Both the position numbers and the translations under genes were made by a program. The notes beneath the pieces were generated by a model, which saw only the letters and a list, made by a program, of their open reading frames with translations, was not told the DNA's origin and ran no database searches. Of a stretch of 64,000 bases of DNA, positions 24,393 to 36,625 are shown one piece after another; the first letter of the stretch is position 1; every line of letters begins with the position of its first letter. This stretch comes from Heteronotia binoei. Lineage: Eukaryota. The stretch covers positions 21,762,001 to 21,826,000 of the forward strand of contig NC_083226.1 in NCBI RefSeq assembly GCF_032191835.1, written 5' to 3'.

Positions 24393-24646
24393 GGACCCCG
24401 CGCGCGGGCGGGGAAGGCGGGGAGTGAGGCAGCCAGCGTCCCTGCGCGTGCGCACACAGCTGTGCGCACGCGCAGGGACGCTGGCTGCCTCACTCCCCGC
24501 CTTCCCGGCCCGCGCGCGCGGCCCCCCGGCTCCCCGCTGGCTATACCGGGACTTTGTAATGGTCCCGGTATAGGCAGCCCGGGAGCCGGGAATTGGTGGC
24601 CAGAACCGGGAAAGTCCCGGGAGACCGGGACGGTCTGGCCACCCTA

Positions 24647-25372
24647 ATTGGCAAGAATAATTGTCATTATTCGTATCTAATGGTTCCCATCTTGTGGATA
24701 TTTCTAAACACCACCACATCTTGGTTTGCCACCTGGCTCAGCGTTTTCTACTTGGCAAAGATCGCCACCTTCTCCCACCCTGTTTTCCTCCAAGTGAAGC
24801 AAAGATTTTCAGGACTGGTGCCCTGGTTGCTTCTGGGATCAGTTGTCTTCTCTGCTATTACGACTCTTGTTGTGGTCGCAAGCTTGAGCGACGGCTTCTC
24901 TATGTGTGATTCCAACAAATCATTTTTAAACATCAGTGATTCAGAAATTACACCCCCTGACTTATATATGTACCTAGCTTTTCTAGCTGCTGTCCCAAAT
25001 CTCATTCCTTTAATGATATTTTTGTCATCGTCTGTCTTGTTAATGACTTCTCTGTGGATGCACACAAGACGTATGCAACGGAATGGAATTGGCATCAATG
25101 ATCTCAGCACTCAAGCTCACATGACTGCCATCAAAGCTCTGGCTTCCTTCGCTGTTCTGTACCTGTCTAGTTTTTTAGCAGACACTGCTCAGGCAGTAAT
25201 GATCTGGAAAAACGTGGGTGACACTTGGCTATTTATGATGCTTAGTATCATAACTGTGTCTTGTCCTTCTGGACATGCCGTTATCCTGATACTACTAAAT
25301 CCCAAACAAAAACAGGCATGGGTCAAGATGCTGCTTCTCTTAAAATGCTGCTCTGGTGAAGTGCCTGTTTAA
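24647..25372 (+). pseudogene. TAS2R: 5'-truncated TAS2R (ECL1 to C-terminus), fused to a transposon end
   Basis: Homology to the 29488 gene starts abruptly at ATTGGCAAG, directly after the TIR ...GGCCACCCTA. TM1-TM2 are absent and the remaining frame is open. Confidence 0.85.
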
Positions 25373-26111
25373 AACCTATCACTGGACCACAGAGACAGGA
25401 CATTCTCTTTCCCAAGAAGGACCCTGAAAAACTCTTGGAGCACAATCCTTCAGGAAGCTCTTCATGGGTAGACATGCTCTTCCTCCTCTTTCACAGAAAG
25501 ATGCACGATGGGTGGATGATCACCTAGCTATTTCATCAGAATAAATTATTCTACATTGATGATGCATAGGTCAAATCATTCTTTTTTTCTGCTTCAGATA
25601 TGGTCAGAAAAATGCTGCTCTTGATTTGGACACAATGGCAGCGGGTGATATGTAAGTGATGATTTTATATAGAGAGAATTGAGGTTCAGAAATGCATTTA
25701 TTTCCCAGTTTTTTTGCTATCCTGTGGTTGTTTTCATGTACAAGTTTTACTGGAGATGCCATAAGAAAACTTATACAGTGAAGTCTTTATTACTTATGAT
25801 TTCTTTTATAAGTAATGACCATTCTTAAAATAAATATATGTCTAGAATCTATATATCAATTTTATTTTTCCTATATACGTATGTTATTGATATTATAGTT
25901 ATATTGCAACTGTCCTACTATTTTGGCTACCATCTGATATTGTTTTAATTGTTAGTCTATATTTCTTATTTTAAGTGTTTTATGTATTATTTTTTAGGTG
26001 TCTTGTTTATATTACTGTCCCCCTGCTTGCAGGGCAGCACGGGATAAAAATCAAATAAACTAATCTAAATGGATGATAGTTATAATTAGATTCAGACCAA
26101 ATGGTTAATAC

Positions 26112-26427
26112 CAGGGCTTTTTTTGTAGCAGGAACTCCTTTGCCTATTGGGCCACACACCCCTGATGTAGCCAATCCTTCAAGAGCTTGCAGGGCTCTTA
26201 GTGCAGGGCCCACTGTAAGCTCCAGCAGGATTGGCTACATCGGGGGGCGTGGCCTAATATGCAAAGGAGCTCCTGCTAGAATTCCATCCCTGGGCCACAC
26301 ACCCCTGATGTAGCCAATCCTCTAAGAGCTTACAGGGCTCTTCGTACTGAAATCCCCAGGAAGATTAGCTACATCAGGGGTGTGTGGCCTAATATGCAAA
26401 GGAGTTCCTACTACAAAGAAAGCCCTG
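26112..26427. mobile_element. Palindromic hAT MITE with internal duplication
   Basis: CAGGGC...GCCCTG TIRs with 8-bp TSD GTTAATAC. Confidence 0.9.
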
Positions 26428-27412
26428 GTTAATACACTGTTTTAAAAGTCCTTTTAGCTCCTTTGTTTTTTCTATTCAACTAGGGTTACTGTGCTCTTTT
26501 AGGTTTTCATTTCTGAGTCAGTATAAGCCAATTTAATTGAGGCAGGGTCTACAGTTCAGTGTCTGTGTGTCTGCTTTGCATGTAGAAGGTCCCAGATTTA
26601 ATTCTCAACATCTCCATTTAAAAGAATCAAGTTGTAGATGATAGGAAATACCTCTACCTGAGAGGCTTCTATGGTAACAACAACTATTGTTCTTTCTGTT
26701 GGCTAGTGCAGACAATTCCAGTCGCAAAACAGCCGGAAGAGAAGGTAATCAGATTAGTTTACCTAAGAGTGTCTCTGGCAATGTGGTTGTGCATATGTAA
26801 TTCAATTCCAAATAATTCAGGTTACAGGAATTGTAATGGTTTTTTTTTTAATGATGGGTAATTCTGATCTCCCAAATCTAGGGAGAAACTGGAATAGGGA
26901 TCATTGCAGAAGCATCCTTATTCAGAACTCCTGTGCTCACAAGGCTACTTCCTGAGATTAGGTGTGTGGAGAATTTTGCAACATAAATGTTTACCAGGTG
27001 AACATGCCTTGCTTGAATCTCTTAATTACTTGTGGGAAGCATTTCTGATCAGATTAACTTGCTGCTCCTCGCCAAGTTTGTCTTGAGCACTTTATCACAC
27101 TGAACAACTTTGCGACTGTGCAGTAGCCACTTGGTCATTGCCACTGGTGTTTGTTCTTACCCGGTCTGAGAACTAAACTACTGCAAACAGGGCAGCATCC
27201 CTCAGGGTCATGGTCACGTCCAAAAATTGACAGACCTGTGCCAAACCCAGAATCACTTGCCATTCATCCCCTCTTTGCACCTAAATAGACAAACTCAGTG
27301 CCCAGGATCAACAAATTCCATTTCCTATGAATTCCGTCTGCACAGTTTGTGGCATGCATTCAAGAACGAATGGCAGGAGTAGCAGGATCCATGGGCAGAA
27401 CACAGAGATACT

Positions 27413-27921
27413 GGCCCTGTTCAGACGCACAGTATAATCAGTTGTCACTGCTGTTTCATACCGGATTAAAAGTGGCTGATCAGACAGCGACATCTGCCTC
27501 CCAGTATTAACTCATGGTAGCTCCCCCTCCCCAATCTTTCACGGAACCAGAGTATTTTGTTACCAGCTCCTTTGCGGTGTTTTTTGAGTTCTCCGGTTTC
27601 ACCTCGTAGTCTCTCCATCTGGATAGTTCTCAACAAACTTCCGGATGTCTGAAGGCTATCATGGAGCAAAAGGAGCCTCAGACATCTGGTTTACTACTTA
27701 GCGATATGTGCATAACCACAAAACGTCTTAACCCATGCGCATGTGCATAATAGTGGAGAAAAAACAACTGCATGATGCCATCGTGTGGACTGCAGAAGAC
27801 GGTTTCACCGTGGAGTGATTCGAATTGCAGCATGGCAGTCTGATCGATAATATCCGGAACAAAGATATTCGGAACAGAACCGGATCAGTTTAACACGGAC
27901 TCAACGCGCTGCGTGAACAGG
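27413..27921. mobile_element. Harbinger-like MITE
   Basis: TIR-like GCCCTGTTCAGAC / GCGTGAACAGGGC; absent from the paralogous site at ~32572. Confidence 0.55.
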
Positions 27922-29311
27922 GCAAACTAAGTTGTAAATAATGAATCTCACACACACACAAAAAGAAATTTTAACTAGCCTATGTGACACAAGCTGAGCT
28001 GGGGCTTCCCTGATCTAGGTCGCATTCACAAATACCATTGCAGGACTCACCTGTCAAAGTGTAATTGCATGTGGAGGCTCATGAACTTTGCAAGAGGGGA
28101 GGGGGGAGGCTTCAGGCTTCCTTCCTGTGCTGTTTTCCTAAATTAAAATCAGCCACGAAGGGGCCAGTTCTCCCTTTCCGCGTGTCCTCAGATTATGTAA
28201 CACATGGTGCCCATCAAAGGGGCAAAGAGCTCCCCTGAGGACATTTCTGTGAGGAAAAAGAGCACAGGAAGGAAGCCTGAAACCTCTTTCTCCCCCTCAC
28301 AGCACTCAGTAGCCTGTACAAGGAAGAAAAGCTTTGGCAGGTGAGTCAAATGTTTTACAGGGGAAAGCTTGTAAGTTGCTTCAATGTTTTTTTCTCTGAC
28401 CATAGGAGCAGAATAAGGTGACTGGGGTGCTGTTGGGGGATTTTGGAGCTCAGGAGTATTTCTAGGACCCTCAGTTCGCTTGAGTTATTTTATTGGTTGG
28501 GTGGAGATTGGCAAGGGGCTTGAATTCAGTAAAAAGAGAGGCAGTTGTACTAAAACAAAACTACTTCATTTCATTGCAAGCCTTTAGGATAGAAAACACT
28601 TCATTATAAAATCTTGAACACAGAAAACCTAACTCCTCAATATTCAGCATATCATCTCATAATTCATTGGACCTAGACATACGTCTTCTGGGTGAGGATC
28701 TCCTCAACATGGAAGTGACAATCAACCCTGTGTTTCATTACCTAGGAGGACTCCAGATACTTCTGCCTTTACTCTGAAACAGTCCATCGAGACTGTGCTC
28801 ATGAAACTAAGCCAGAGCCACCTGAAGCTGAATCCACACATGACAGAGATAATGCTAGTCAGTAATGCCAAAGAAGCTCTTTGGAACATCTGGATAACCT
28901 TGTGATGGCAAATGCACAACAGTTTAAGACACTGGAAGTGCCCATGAGCCCAGCTTTGCTGTTTGTTTCTATCAGCTACATTTGCATCACAGGTTTCCCT
29001 CCTTTCTTTGCTTTTTCCACAATAATCCATGGTTTTGTACCTTGGCTAGTTTTCTGTAATGGACTCTATGTTGGGCTGCCCTAGAAAATGCCTGGGAGAA
29101 GGCTACTGGTGCAGAATTCAATCAAATTAATAACTAGTAATAATAGATGGATTTGGGGTAATGTCAATTTCAAGAAAACAAATCCCAAAAGAAGAGTGCG
29201 TCTCCATTTGTAAAGATGGATGCACATATATTCAGCATCTCTGTCGAATGCGGAAATATGAAATATCAGAACAGGATATCGCTATACAGTAACTCAACCC
29301 TTTCTGGTAAG

Positions 29312-29319
29312 ATTTGCAT
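29312..29319 (+). promoter_or_regulatory. POU octamer upstream of TAS2R (29488)
   Basis: ATTTGCAT 169 bp upstream of ATG. Confidence 0.55.
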
Positions 29320-29487
29320 CTCAACAGTGTCAACACTAGAAAAGAGCTCCTGCCTCTCCAGACGTTTTTCAGTTCCTAAATCAAAGGCTGCAGCGTTGTG
29401 TTCTACTGGGTCGATATCACTGAGAGGACAGCTTGGGGCAAACTGCAAACATTACAGAAGAAACAGTTTTGTTTTGTGCTCAGAAAG

Positions 29488-30426
29488 ATGACATCCATAC
29501 CAATGATAATCAGTTGTGTACTTCTGGTTATTGAAACCCTTGTTGGAATGGTTGCAAATGGATTTATTGTCCTCATGACTTGCATTGACTGGTTCAGAAG
29601 CAGGAAACTATCCCCAAATGACCAGATCTTGACCTGTCTTGGCTTGTCCAGACTTCCATGGCTGGGATTTGAAATTCTGCATATAACTACAGTCTTCTTT
29701 TCTATTTTCAAGCATAATTGCCATTATTTATATTCAGTGCTTCCCACCTTGTGGATATTTCTAAACACCACCACATTTTGGTTTGCCACCTGGCTCAGCG
29801 TTTTCTACTTGGCAAAGATCGCCACCTTCTCCCACCCTGTTTTCCTCCAAGTGAAGCAAAGATTTTCAGGACTGGTGCCCTGGTTGCTTCTGGGATCAGT
29901 TGTCTTCTCTGCTATTATGACTCTTGTGGTCGCAAGCTTGAGCAACGGCTTCTCCATGTGTGATTCCAACAAATCACTTTTGAACATCAGTGATTCAGAA
30001 ATTACAACCCCTGACATATATAAAAACCTAGCTTTTCTATCTACTGTCCCAAATCTCATTCCTTTAATGATATTTTTGTCATCATCTGTCTTGTTAATGA
30101 CTTCTCTGTGGATGCACACAAGACGTATGCAACGGAATGGAACTGGCATCGAGGATCTCAGCACTCAAGCCCACATGACTGCCATCAAAGCTCTGGCTTC
30201 CTTCGCTGTTCTGTACCTGTCTAGTTTTTTAGCAGTCACTGTTCAGGCAGTAATGATCTGGAAAAAAGTGGGTGACACTTGGGTATTAGTGATGCTTAGT
30301 ATCGTAACTGCCTCTTGTCCTTCTGGACATGCCGTTATCCTGATACTACTAAATCCCAAACTAAAACAGGCATGGGTCAGGATGATGCTTCACTTAAAAT
30401 GCTGCTCTAGTGAAGTGCCTTCTTAA
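29488..30426 (+). CDS. TAS2R: Bitter taste receptor (TAS2R family), intact, 312 aa
   Basis: Full TAS2R motifs; ATG after CTCAGAAAG. Confidence 0.94.
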   Translation: MTSIPMIISCVLLVIETLVGMVANGFIVLMTCIDWFRSRKLSPNDQILTCLGLSRLPWLGFEILHITTVFFSIFKHNCHYLYSVLPTLWIFLNTTTFWFATWLSVFYLAKIATFSHPVFLQVKQRFSGLVPWLLLGSVVFSAIMTLVVASLSNGFSMCDSNKSLLNISDSEITTPDIYKNLAFLSTVPNLIPLMIFLSSSVLLMTSLWMHTRRMQRNGTGIEDLSTQAHMTAIKALASFAVLYLSSFLAVTVQAVMIWKKVGDTWVLVMLSIVTASCPSGHAVILILLNPKLKQAWVRMMLHLKCCSSEVPS

Positions 30427-30463
30427 AACCTACCACTGGACCACAGAGACAGGACGTTCTCTT

Positions 30464-30752
30464 TGGTGTAGTGGTTAAGTTTGGTGTAGCGGTTAAGTGT
30501 ACAGACTCTTATCTGGGAGAACCGGGTTTGATTCCCCACTCCTCCACTTGCACCTGCTGGAATGGCCTGGGGTCAGCCATAGCTCTGGCAGAGGTTGTCT
30601 TGAAAGGGCAGCTGCTGTGAGAGCCCTCTCCAGCCCCACCCACCTCACAAGTGTCTGTTGTGGGGGGAGAAGATATAGGTGATTGTAAGCCGCTCTGAGT
30701 CTCTGATTCAGAGAAAAGGGTGGGGTATAAATCTGCAATTCTTCTTCTTCTT
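30464..30752 (+). mobile_element. SINE, same family as 17177
   Basis: Full body with a duplicated head; inserted 38 bp after the TAS2R stop. Confidence 0.8.
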
Positions 30753-32676
30753 TCACAAGATGGACCCTGAAAAATTCTTGCAGCACAGTCCTTCAGGAAG
30801 CTCTTCACGGGTAGACATGCTTTTCTTCCTCTTTCATGGAAAAATTACAATGGTTGGATGATCGACTAGATAGCTTATCAGAATAAATTAATCTACATTG
30901 ATAATGCATTACTCAAATCATTTTTTGTCTGTGATTCAGGTTAGAAATGGTGCTCTTGATCTGGATACAATGGCAGAAGTGACATGTAAGTGATGATTAT
31001 ATATATAGAAATGCAGTTATTTCCCAGTTTTGGGTACACTGTGGTTGTTTTCATCTACAAGTTATACTGATAATGCTATAGGAAAATTTATACATTGAAG
31101 TCTTTAGTACTCATGATTTTTTTTTACTGCATTGTGATGACCATTTATAAAATGAATATCTTTCTAGAATCAATATATAGTATTGTCAATTGTATTATAC
31201 CTACATATGCTATTGATACTGTAGTTAGGTTACAACTGTCTTAATGTTTCCACTGCCATCTGATATTGTTTTAATTGTTAATCTATCTATATATTATTTT
31301 AAGTGTTTTATTTATTGTTTCCAGTGTCTTATTTCTGTTACTGTTCTCTTGCTTACAGGGGAATGCGGGATAAAAATCAAGTAACCTAGTTTAAATCGAT
31401 GATATAATTAGATTCAAAGTGGTTTGAATACACTGTTTTAAAAGTCCTTTTAGTTCCTTTGTTTTTTCTGTTTGACGAGGATTACTGTGGACCCGCTCTT
31501 TTAGGTTTTAATTTCTAATTCAGTATAAGCCAGTTTACTTGGGGCAGACTCTATAGCTCAGTGGCTGAATGTCTGCTTTGCGTGTAGAAGGTTCCAGATT
31601 CAATCCCCAACATCTCCAGTTAAAAGAATCAAGTTGTAGATGATAGGAAATACCTCTACCTGAGAGTCTTCTATGGTAACTGTTGTACATGACAGAGTCC
31701 TCTTTATTTCCCAATCAGGAGACTCAGCAACAGAGGTGTAAAAGACATAGATATGCAGGTCTTTTACTGTTTTCACATTAATGAGGGAAGGAAAACAACC
31801 TTTTCACCCCCCTTCCTCTGTTCTCCTTCCCCTTCTCCATTCTCCTTCAGCTATTTTTTTCATGCAGTCTAGTGCAGACAATTCCAGTCACAAAACAGCT
31901 GGCAGAGGAGGTATGGTGATCAGTTTACCTAAAAGGGTCTCTGGCGATGTGGTTGTGAATCTGCTCTGTGTGTGTCTAATTCAGTCCCAAACATTTTCAG
32001 TTACAGGGTTTTTACTGGTTTTTTTTTTAATGATGGGTAATTCTGACCTCCAAAATCAAATTGGAATAGCACCCCTATTCAGAACTCCTGTGCTCACAAG
32101 GCTACTACCTGAGACTAGGTGCATGGAGAATTTTGCAACATGCATGCTTACCAGGGAAACACGCCTTGTTTGAATCTTTTAATTATTTGCAGGACGCGTT
32201 CCTGATCAGATTAACTTGCTGCTCCTCGCCAAGTTTGTTTTTAGCACAGTATCACGCTGAACAACTTTCTGACTGTACAGTAGCCACTTGTGTCATTGGC
32301 ACAGATGGCTGTTTTTTGCCCAGTCTGAGAACTAAACCTCCATGACTACTGCAAATGGAGCAGCATCCCCCAGGGTCAATGTCAGGTCACAAGACGTGTG
32401 CCAAACCCAGAATCACTTGCCATTCATCCCCTCTTTGCACCTGCATAGTCAAATTCAGTGCCCAAGATCAACAAATTCCATTTCCTACGATTTCTGCCTG
32501 CACAGTTTGTGGCATGCATTCAAGAACGAATGGCAGGAGTAGCAGGATCCATGAGCAGAACACAGAGATACTAAATAGTAACTAATGAACCTCACACACA
32601 CAAAAGAAATTTTAACCAGCCTATGTGACGGAAGCTGACCTGGTGCTTCCCTGATATAGGTCTCATTCATTGCAGG

Positions 32677-33030
32677 TGTAAAGTACTGGGGTCGGCGCAG
32701 TAAGAGACCAGAGTCGGAGAGTGATTTCAGCAAGCTTTACTTCAGGAACACACACTGAACTCTGTTCAAACTTCCCGCTCTCTTTTATACAGTTCTTGCC
32801 CCCTTCTGATTGGTCCTTAACTATTTACACGGATTGGCTATTTACAGGGCCCTAAGGGCCTATCAGGGGACAGTATGAGCCAGGATGTTGATAGGCTGCG
32901 TATGTTTCAATCCTTCCCCTGATTGGGCACGCTTAGGACTTCTCTGAACCCTGGTGTGGTGTTCAAGCTCTGGCTTGTTCGGCTTCCCTCCAAAAGTAAC
33001 AGTTCTCCCATTTGAGCCCAGGACACAACA
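32677..33030 (-). mobile_element. Solo LTR (354 bp)
   Basis: TG...CA ends and 5-bp TSD GCAGG; TATAAAA, CCAAT and AGTAAA on the minus strand; absent in paralogous units. Confidence 0.85.
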
Positions 33031-34208
33031 GCAGGACTCACCTGTCAAAGTGTAATTGCATGTGGAGGCTCATGAACTTTGCAAGAGGGGAGGGGGGAGG
33101 CTTCAGGCTTCCTTCCTGTGCTGTTTTCCTAAATTAAAATCAGCCACGAAGGGGCCTGCTCTCCCTTTCCTCAGGCTCCACATGTCCTCTGATTATGTAA
33201 CACATGGCACCCATGAAAGGGGCCAAGACCCCCCCCCCCCCCGAGGCCATTTCTGCCAGGAAAAAGAGTACAGGAGCGAAGCCTGAAACCTCTTTCGCCC
33301 CCTCACAGCACTCGGTAACCTGTACAAGAAATAAAAGCTTTGGCAATTGAGTCTCTGGTGGTATATGAGACTATGAGCCTGGCTTGCAGAACCCCAGGTT
33401 GGCTTGTATAACATGTACCTTTTTGTTAGATCTGCAGGGTTTGTTTTACAGGGGAAAGCTTGTAAGTTGCATCAATGTTTTTTCTCTGACCACAGGAGCA
33501 GAATAAGGTGGCTGGGGGGTTGTTGGGGATTTTGGAGCCCAGGAGTATTTCAAGGATCCTCAGTTCCCTCGAGTTATTTTATTGGTTGGGTGGACACTGG
33601 CAAGGGGCTTGAATTCAGTCAGAAGACAGACAGCTGTACTAAAACAAAACTTATTATAAGCTTTTCATTATAAGCTTTTAGGACAGAAAACACTTCGTTA
33701 TAAATCTTGAACACGGAAACCATAACTCTTCAATATTCAGCATATCATCTCATAATTCATTGGACCTAGACCTACGTCTCCTGGGTGAGGATCTCAGCAA
33801 CAAGGAAGTCACAATCAACCCTGTGTTTCATTACCTAGGAGGACTCCAGATGCTTCTGCCTTTACTCTGAAACAGTCCATGGAGGCTGTGCTCATGAAAC
33901 TAAGCCACAGCCACCTGAAGCTGAATCCACACAACTTAGACAGAAGTAATGCTAGTAAGCTGTTATGTATGTGGACTCAAGCGAAGACTATGGGTGTTCC
34001 TGCATGCCTCATTGGAGCCATACGGACTGAACTTGGGGACTTGGGAACAATGAGCTGCAGGATCCAAATCTCTGCAGCCCTCGACCAATCACAAGCCCCC
34101 ACCAGTTTGAATGACCCAATAACGTCCTTGCATGGGAACTCAGAGATGTATATAAGTTTGGCTCCATTGGCCCAGCCTCCAGTCTTGTAGTGGAGCCATC
34201 TACTATGC

Positions 34209-34344
34209 CATGGGTGGCCAACGGTAGTTCTCCAGATGTTTTTTGCCTACAACTCCCATCAGCCCCAGCCAGCATGGCCAATGGCTGGGGCTGATGGGAG
34301 TTGTGGGCAAAAAACATCTGGAGAGCTACTGTTGGCCACCCCTG
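34209..34344. mobile_element. Small hAT MITE
   Basis: CA(T/G)GGGTGGCCAAC TIRs, palindromic; TSD TACTATGC/TACTATGG. Confidence 0.75.
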
Positions 34345-34970
34345 TACTATGGTACTCTTAACAAAGAGCTTGTTATCACTGATCCTGAGACTGCGTAGAA
34401 AACACTTATACATTACTTATACAATATAAGTAATGCCAAAGAGGCAAATGCAGAACAATTTAAGATCTTGGGGGTATCCATGAACCTAGAAAGGGCAGCT
34501 TCTGGGAGAGCTCTCTCAGCCCCACCCACCTCCCGGGGTGTCTGTTGTGGGGGAAGAAGATAAAGGAGATTATGAGCTGCTTTGTGAATCAGAGAGAAGT
34601 ATAAATCTTCTTCTTTTGCTGTTTGCTTCCATCAGTTACATTTGCATAAAAGGTTTCCTCCTTTCTTTGCCTTTTTCACAATAACCCATGGTTTTGTACC
34701 CTGGCTAGTTTTCTGCAATGCATTCTATGTTGGGCTGCCTTAGGAGATGCCCAGGAAAGGGTTACCTGTGCAGAATTCAGTCAAATAAACAACTTGTAAT
34801 AATGAAAGGATTTGGGTAATATCAGTTTCAAGAAAACAAAGCCCAAAAGAAGAGTGCCTCTCGATTTGTAAACAGATGCTCTATCATATTCAGCATCTCT
34901 ATCTAATGTGCAAATATGAAATATTAGAAGAGGATATAGCTATACAGTAACTCAACCCTTTCTGGTAAAG

Positions 34971-34978
34971 ATTTGCAT
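34971..34978 (+). promoter_or_regulatory. POU octamer upstream of TAS2R (35147)
   Basis: ATTTGCAT 169 bp upstream of ATG. Confidence 0.55.
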
Positions 34979-35146
34979 CTCAGCAATATCACTACTAGAA
35001 AAGAGCTTTTGCCTCTCCGGATGCTTTTCAGTTCCTAAATCGAAGGCCATAGCATTGTGTTCTGTTGGGTGGATATCACTGAAAGGATATCTTGGGACAA
35101 ACTTCAAATATCACATAAGAAACAGTTTTGTTTTGTGCTCAGAAAG

Positions 35147-36085
35147 ATGACTTCCATACCAATGATAATCAGTTGTGTACTTCTGGTTATTGAAGTCCTT
35201 GTTGGAATGGTAGCTAATGGATTTGTTGTTCTCGTGGCATTCATTGACTGGTTCAGAAGCAGGAAACTATCCCCAAATGACCAGATCTTGTCCTGTCTTG
35301 TCTTGTCCAGACTAGTATGGCTGGCAGTCATGACTTTGTATACAACTAAGTTCTTCTTTCCTACTGGCAAGTATAATTGTCATGAATATCTAATACTTCT
35401 GATCTTGTGGATATTTGCAAGCACCACGAATCTTTGGCTTGCCACCTGGCTCAGCATTTTCTACTTAGCAAAGATCGCCACCTTCTCCCATTCTGTTTTC
35501 CTCCAAGTGAAGCAAAAATTTTCAGGACTGGTGCCCTGGTTGCTTCTGGGATCAGTTGTCTTCTCTGCTATTATGACTCTTGTTGTGGTCACAAGCGCGA
35601 GCAATGGCTTCTCTTTGTTTGATACCAACAAATCACTTTTGAACATCAGTGATTCAGAAATTACACCCCCTGATGTATATATGCTCTCAGCTCTTCTAGG
35701 TACTGTCCCAAACATCATTCCTGTAATGATACTTTTGTCATCATCCATCTTGTTAATGACTTCTCTGTGGATGCACACAAGACGTATGCAAGGCAATGGA
35801 ACTGGCATCAAGGATCTCAGCACTCAAGCTCACTTGACTGCCATCAAAGCTCTGGCTTCCTTCGCTGTTCTGTACCTGTTTAGTTTTTTAGCAGTTATGG
35901 CTCAGGCAGTACTGATCTGGCATGATATGACTGGCACTTGGCTATTTATGATGTTTAGTATCTTAACTGTGGTTTGTCCCTCTGGACATGCCATTATCCT
36001 GATACTAGTTAATCCCAAACTCAAAGAGGCATGGGTCAGGATGCTGCTTCACTTAAAATGCTGCTCTAGTGAAGTGCGTGCTTAA
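35147..36085 (+). CDS. TAS2R: Bitter taste receptor (TAS2R family), intact, 312 aa
   Basis: Full TAS2R motifs; close paralog of 29488 and 44475. Confidence 0.94.
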   Translation: MTSIPMIISCVLLVIEVLVGMVANGFVVLVAFIDWFRSRKLSPNDQILSCLVLSRLVWLAVMTLYTTKFFFPTGKYNCHEYLILLILWIFASTTNLWLATWLSIFYLAKIATFSHSVFLQVKQKFSGLVPWLLLGSVVFSAIMTLVVVTSASNGFSLFDTNKSLLNISDSEITPPDVYMLSALLGTVPNIIPVMILLSSSILLMTSLWMHTRRMQGNGTGIKDLSTQAHLTAIKALASFAVLYLFSFLAVMAQAVLIWHDMTGTWLFMMFSILTVVCPSGHAIILILVNPKLKEAWVRMLLHLKCCSSEVRA

Positions 36086-36424
36086 AACCCGCCACTAGAC
36101 CTTAGAGATAGGACATTCTCTTTTACAAGAAGGACCCTAAAAACTCTTGCAGCACAATCCTACAGGAAGCTCTTCATGAGTAGATATGCTATTCTTCTTT
36201 TTTCAGAGAAACATGTACAAAGGGTGATCCCTCCTTTCTTTGCCTTTCCATGTACAAGAGCTAGATCCATGACATGATTTCATGTGCAAAAGATAGATCC
36301 ATGACAGAATTCAGACCTGCTGGCTCTATGGAGTTCATTTTAAAACTCCAAAAGGCCCCCTCCCTGTGCGAAACCCTCTGGATTTCTGCCTGTGTCTTAT
36401 TTGTACCCTGATATTTGTAAAGTA

Positions 36425-36610
36425 TCATTCCTTTAATGATACTTTTGTCATCATCCATCTTGTTAATGACCTCTCTGGATGCGCACAAGACGTATGCAAG
36501 GCAATGGGACTGGCATCAAGGATCTCAGCACACAAGTTCACCTGAGTGCCCTCAAAGCTCTGGTTTCCTTCACTATTCTGTTCCTGGTTAGTTTTTTAGC
36601 AGTTATGGCT
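36425..36610 (+). pseudogene. TAS2R: Isolated TAS2R fragment (TM5-TM6)
   Basis: Diverged copy of CATTCCTTTAATGATACTTTTG...GCAGTTATGGCT with a 2-bp deletion; flanked by the direct repeat CTGATATTTGTAAAG. Confidence 0.8.
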
Positions 36611-36625
36611 CTGATATTTGTAAAG

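Larger units (their letters stand above)
21291..24646 (+). mobile_element. Composite non-autonomous hAT/Foldback-like element, copy 1
   Basis: TIRs TAGGGTGACCA / TGGCCACCCTA. Interior: ETS/CRE repeats, 430-bp palindrome, 70-bp and 67-bp arrays, N gap, 53-bp GC array, 46-bp hairpin. Confidence 0.8.

Noticed and set aside
24593-24646. Transposon-TAS2R fusion protein
   Set aside because: The ORF starts at TTG within the TIR; there is no ATG until 24680, and no evidence of translation.
23041-24719. Long ORFs (260-530 aa) on both strands here and at 53003-56691
   Set aside because: Produced by stop-poor GC minisatellites and by reading through N gaps; no protein-family signal.
29398-29487. 30-aa N-terminal extensions of TAS2R ORFs (also 35057, 46023, 2160, 4390)
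   Set aside because: Mostly non-ATG starts or poly-A-derived reading; homology among paralogs supports the ATG after CAGAAAG.
29805-30164. Recurrent antisense ORFs MLRS(L/S)MP... over each TAS2R
   Set aside because: A shadow of paralogous coding sequence; recurs only because the sense genes are near-identical.
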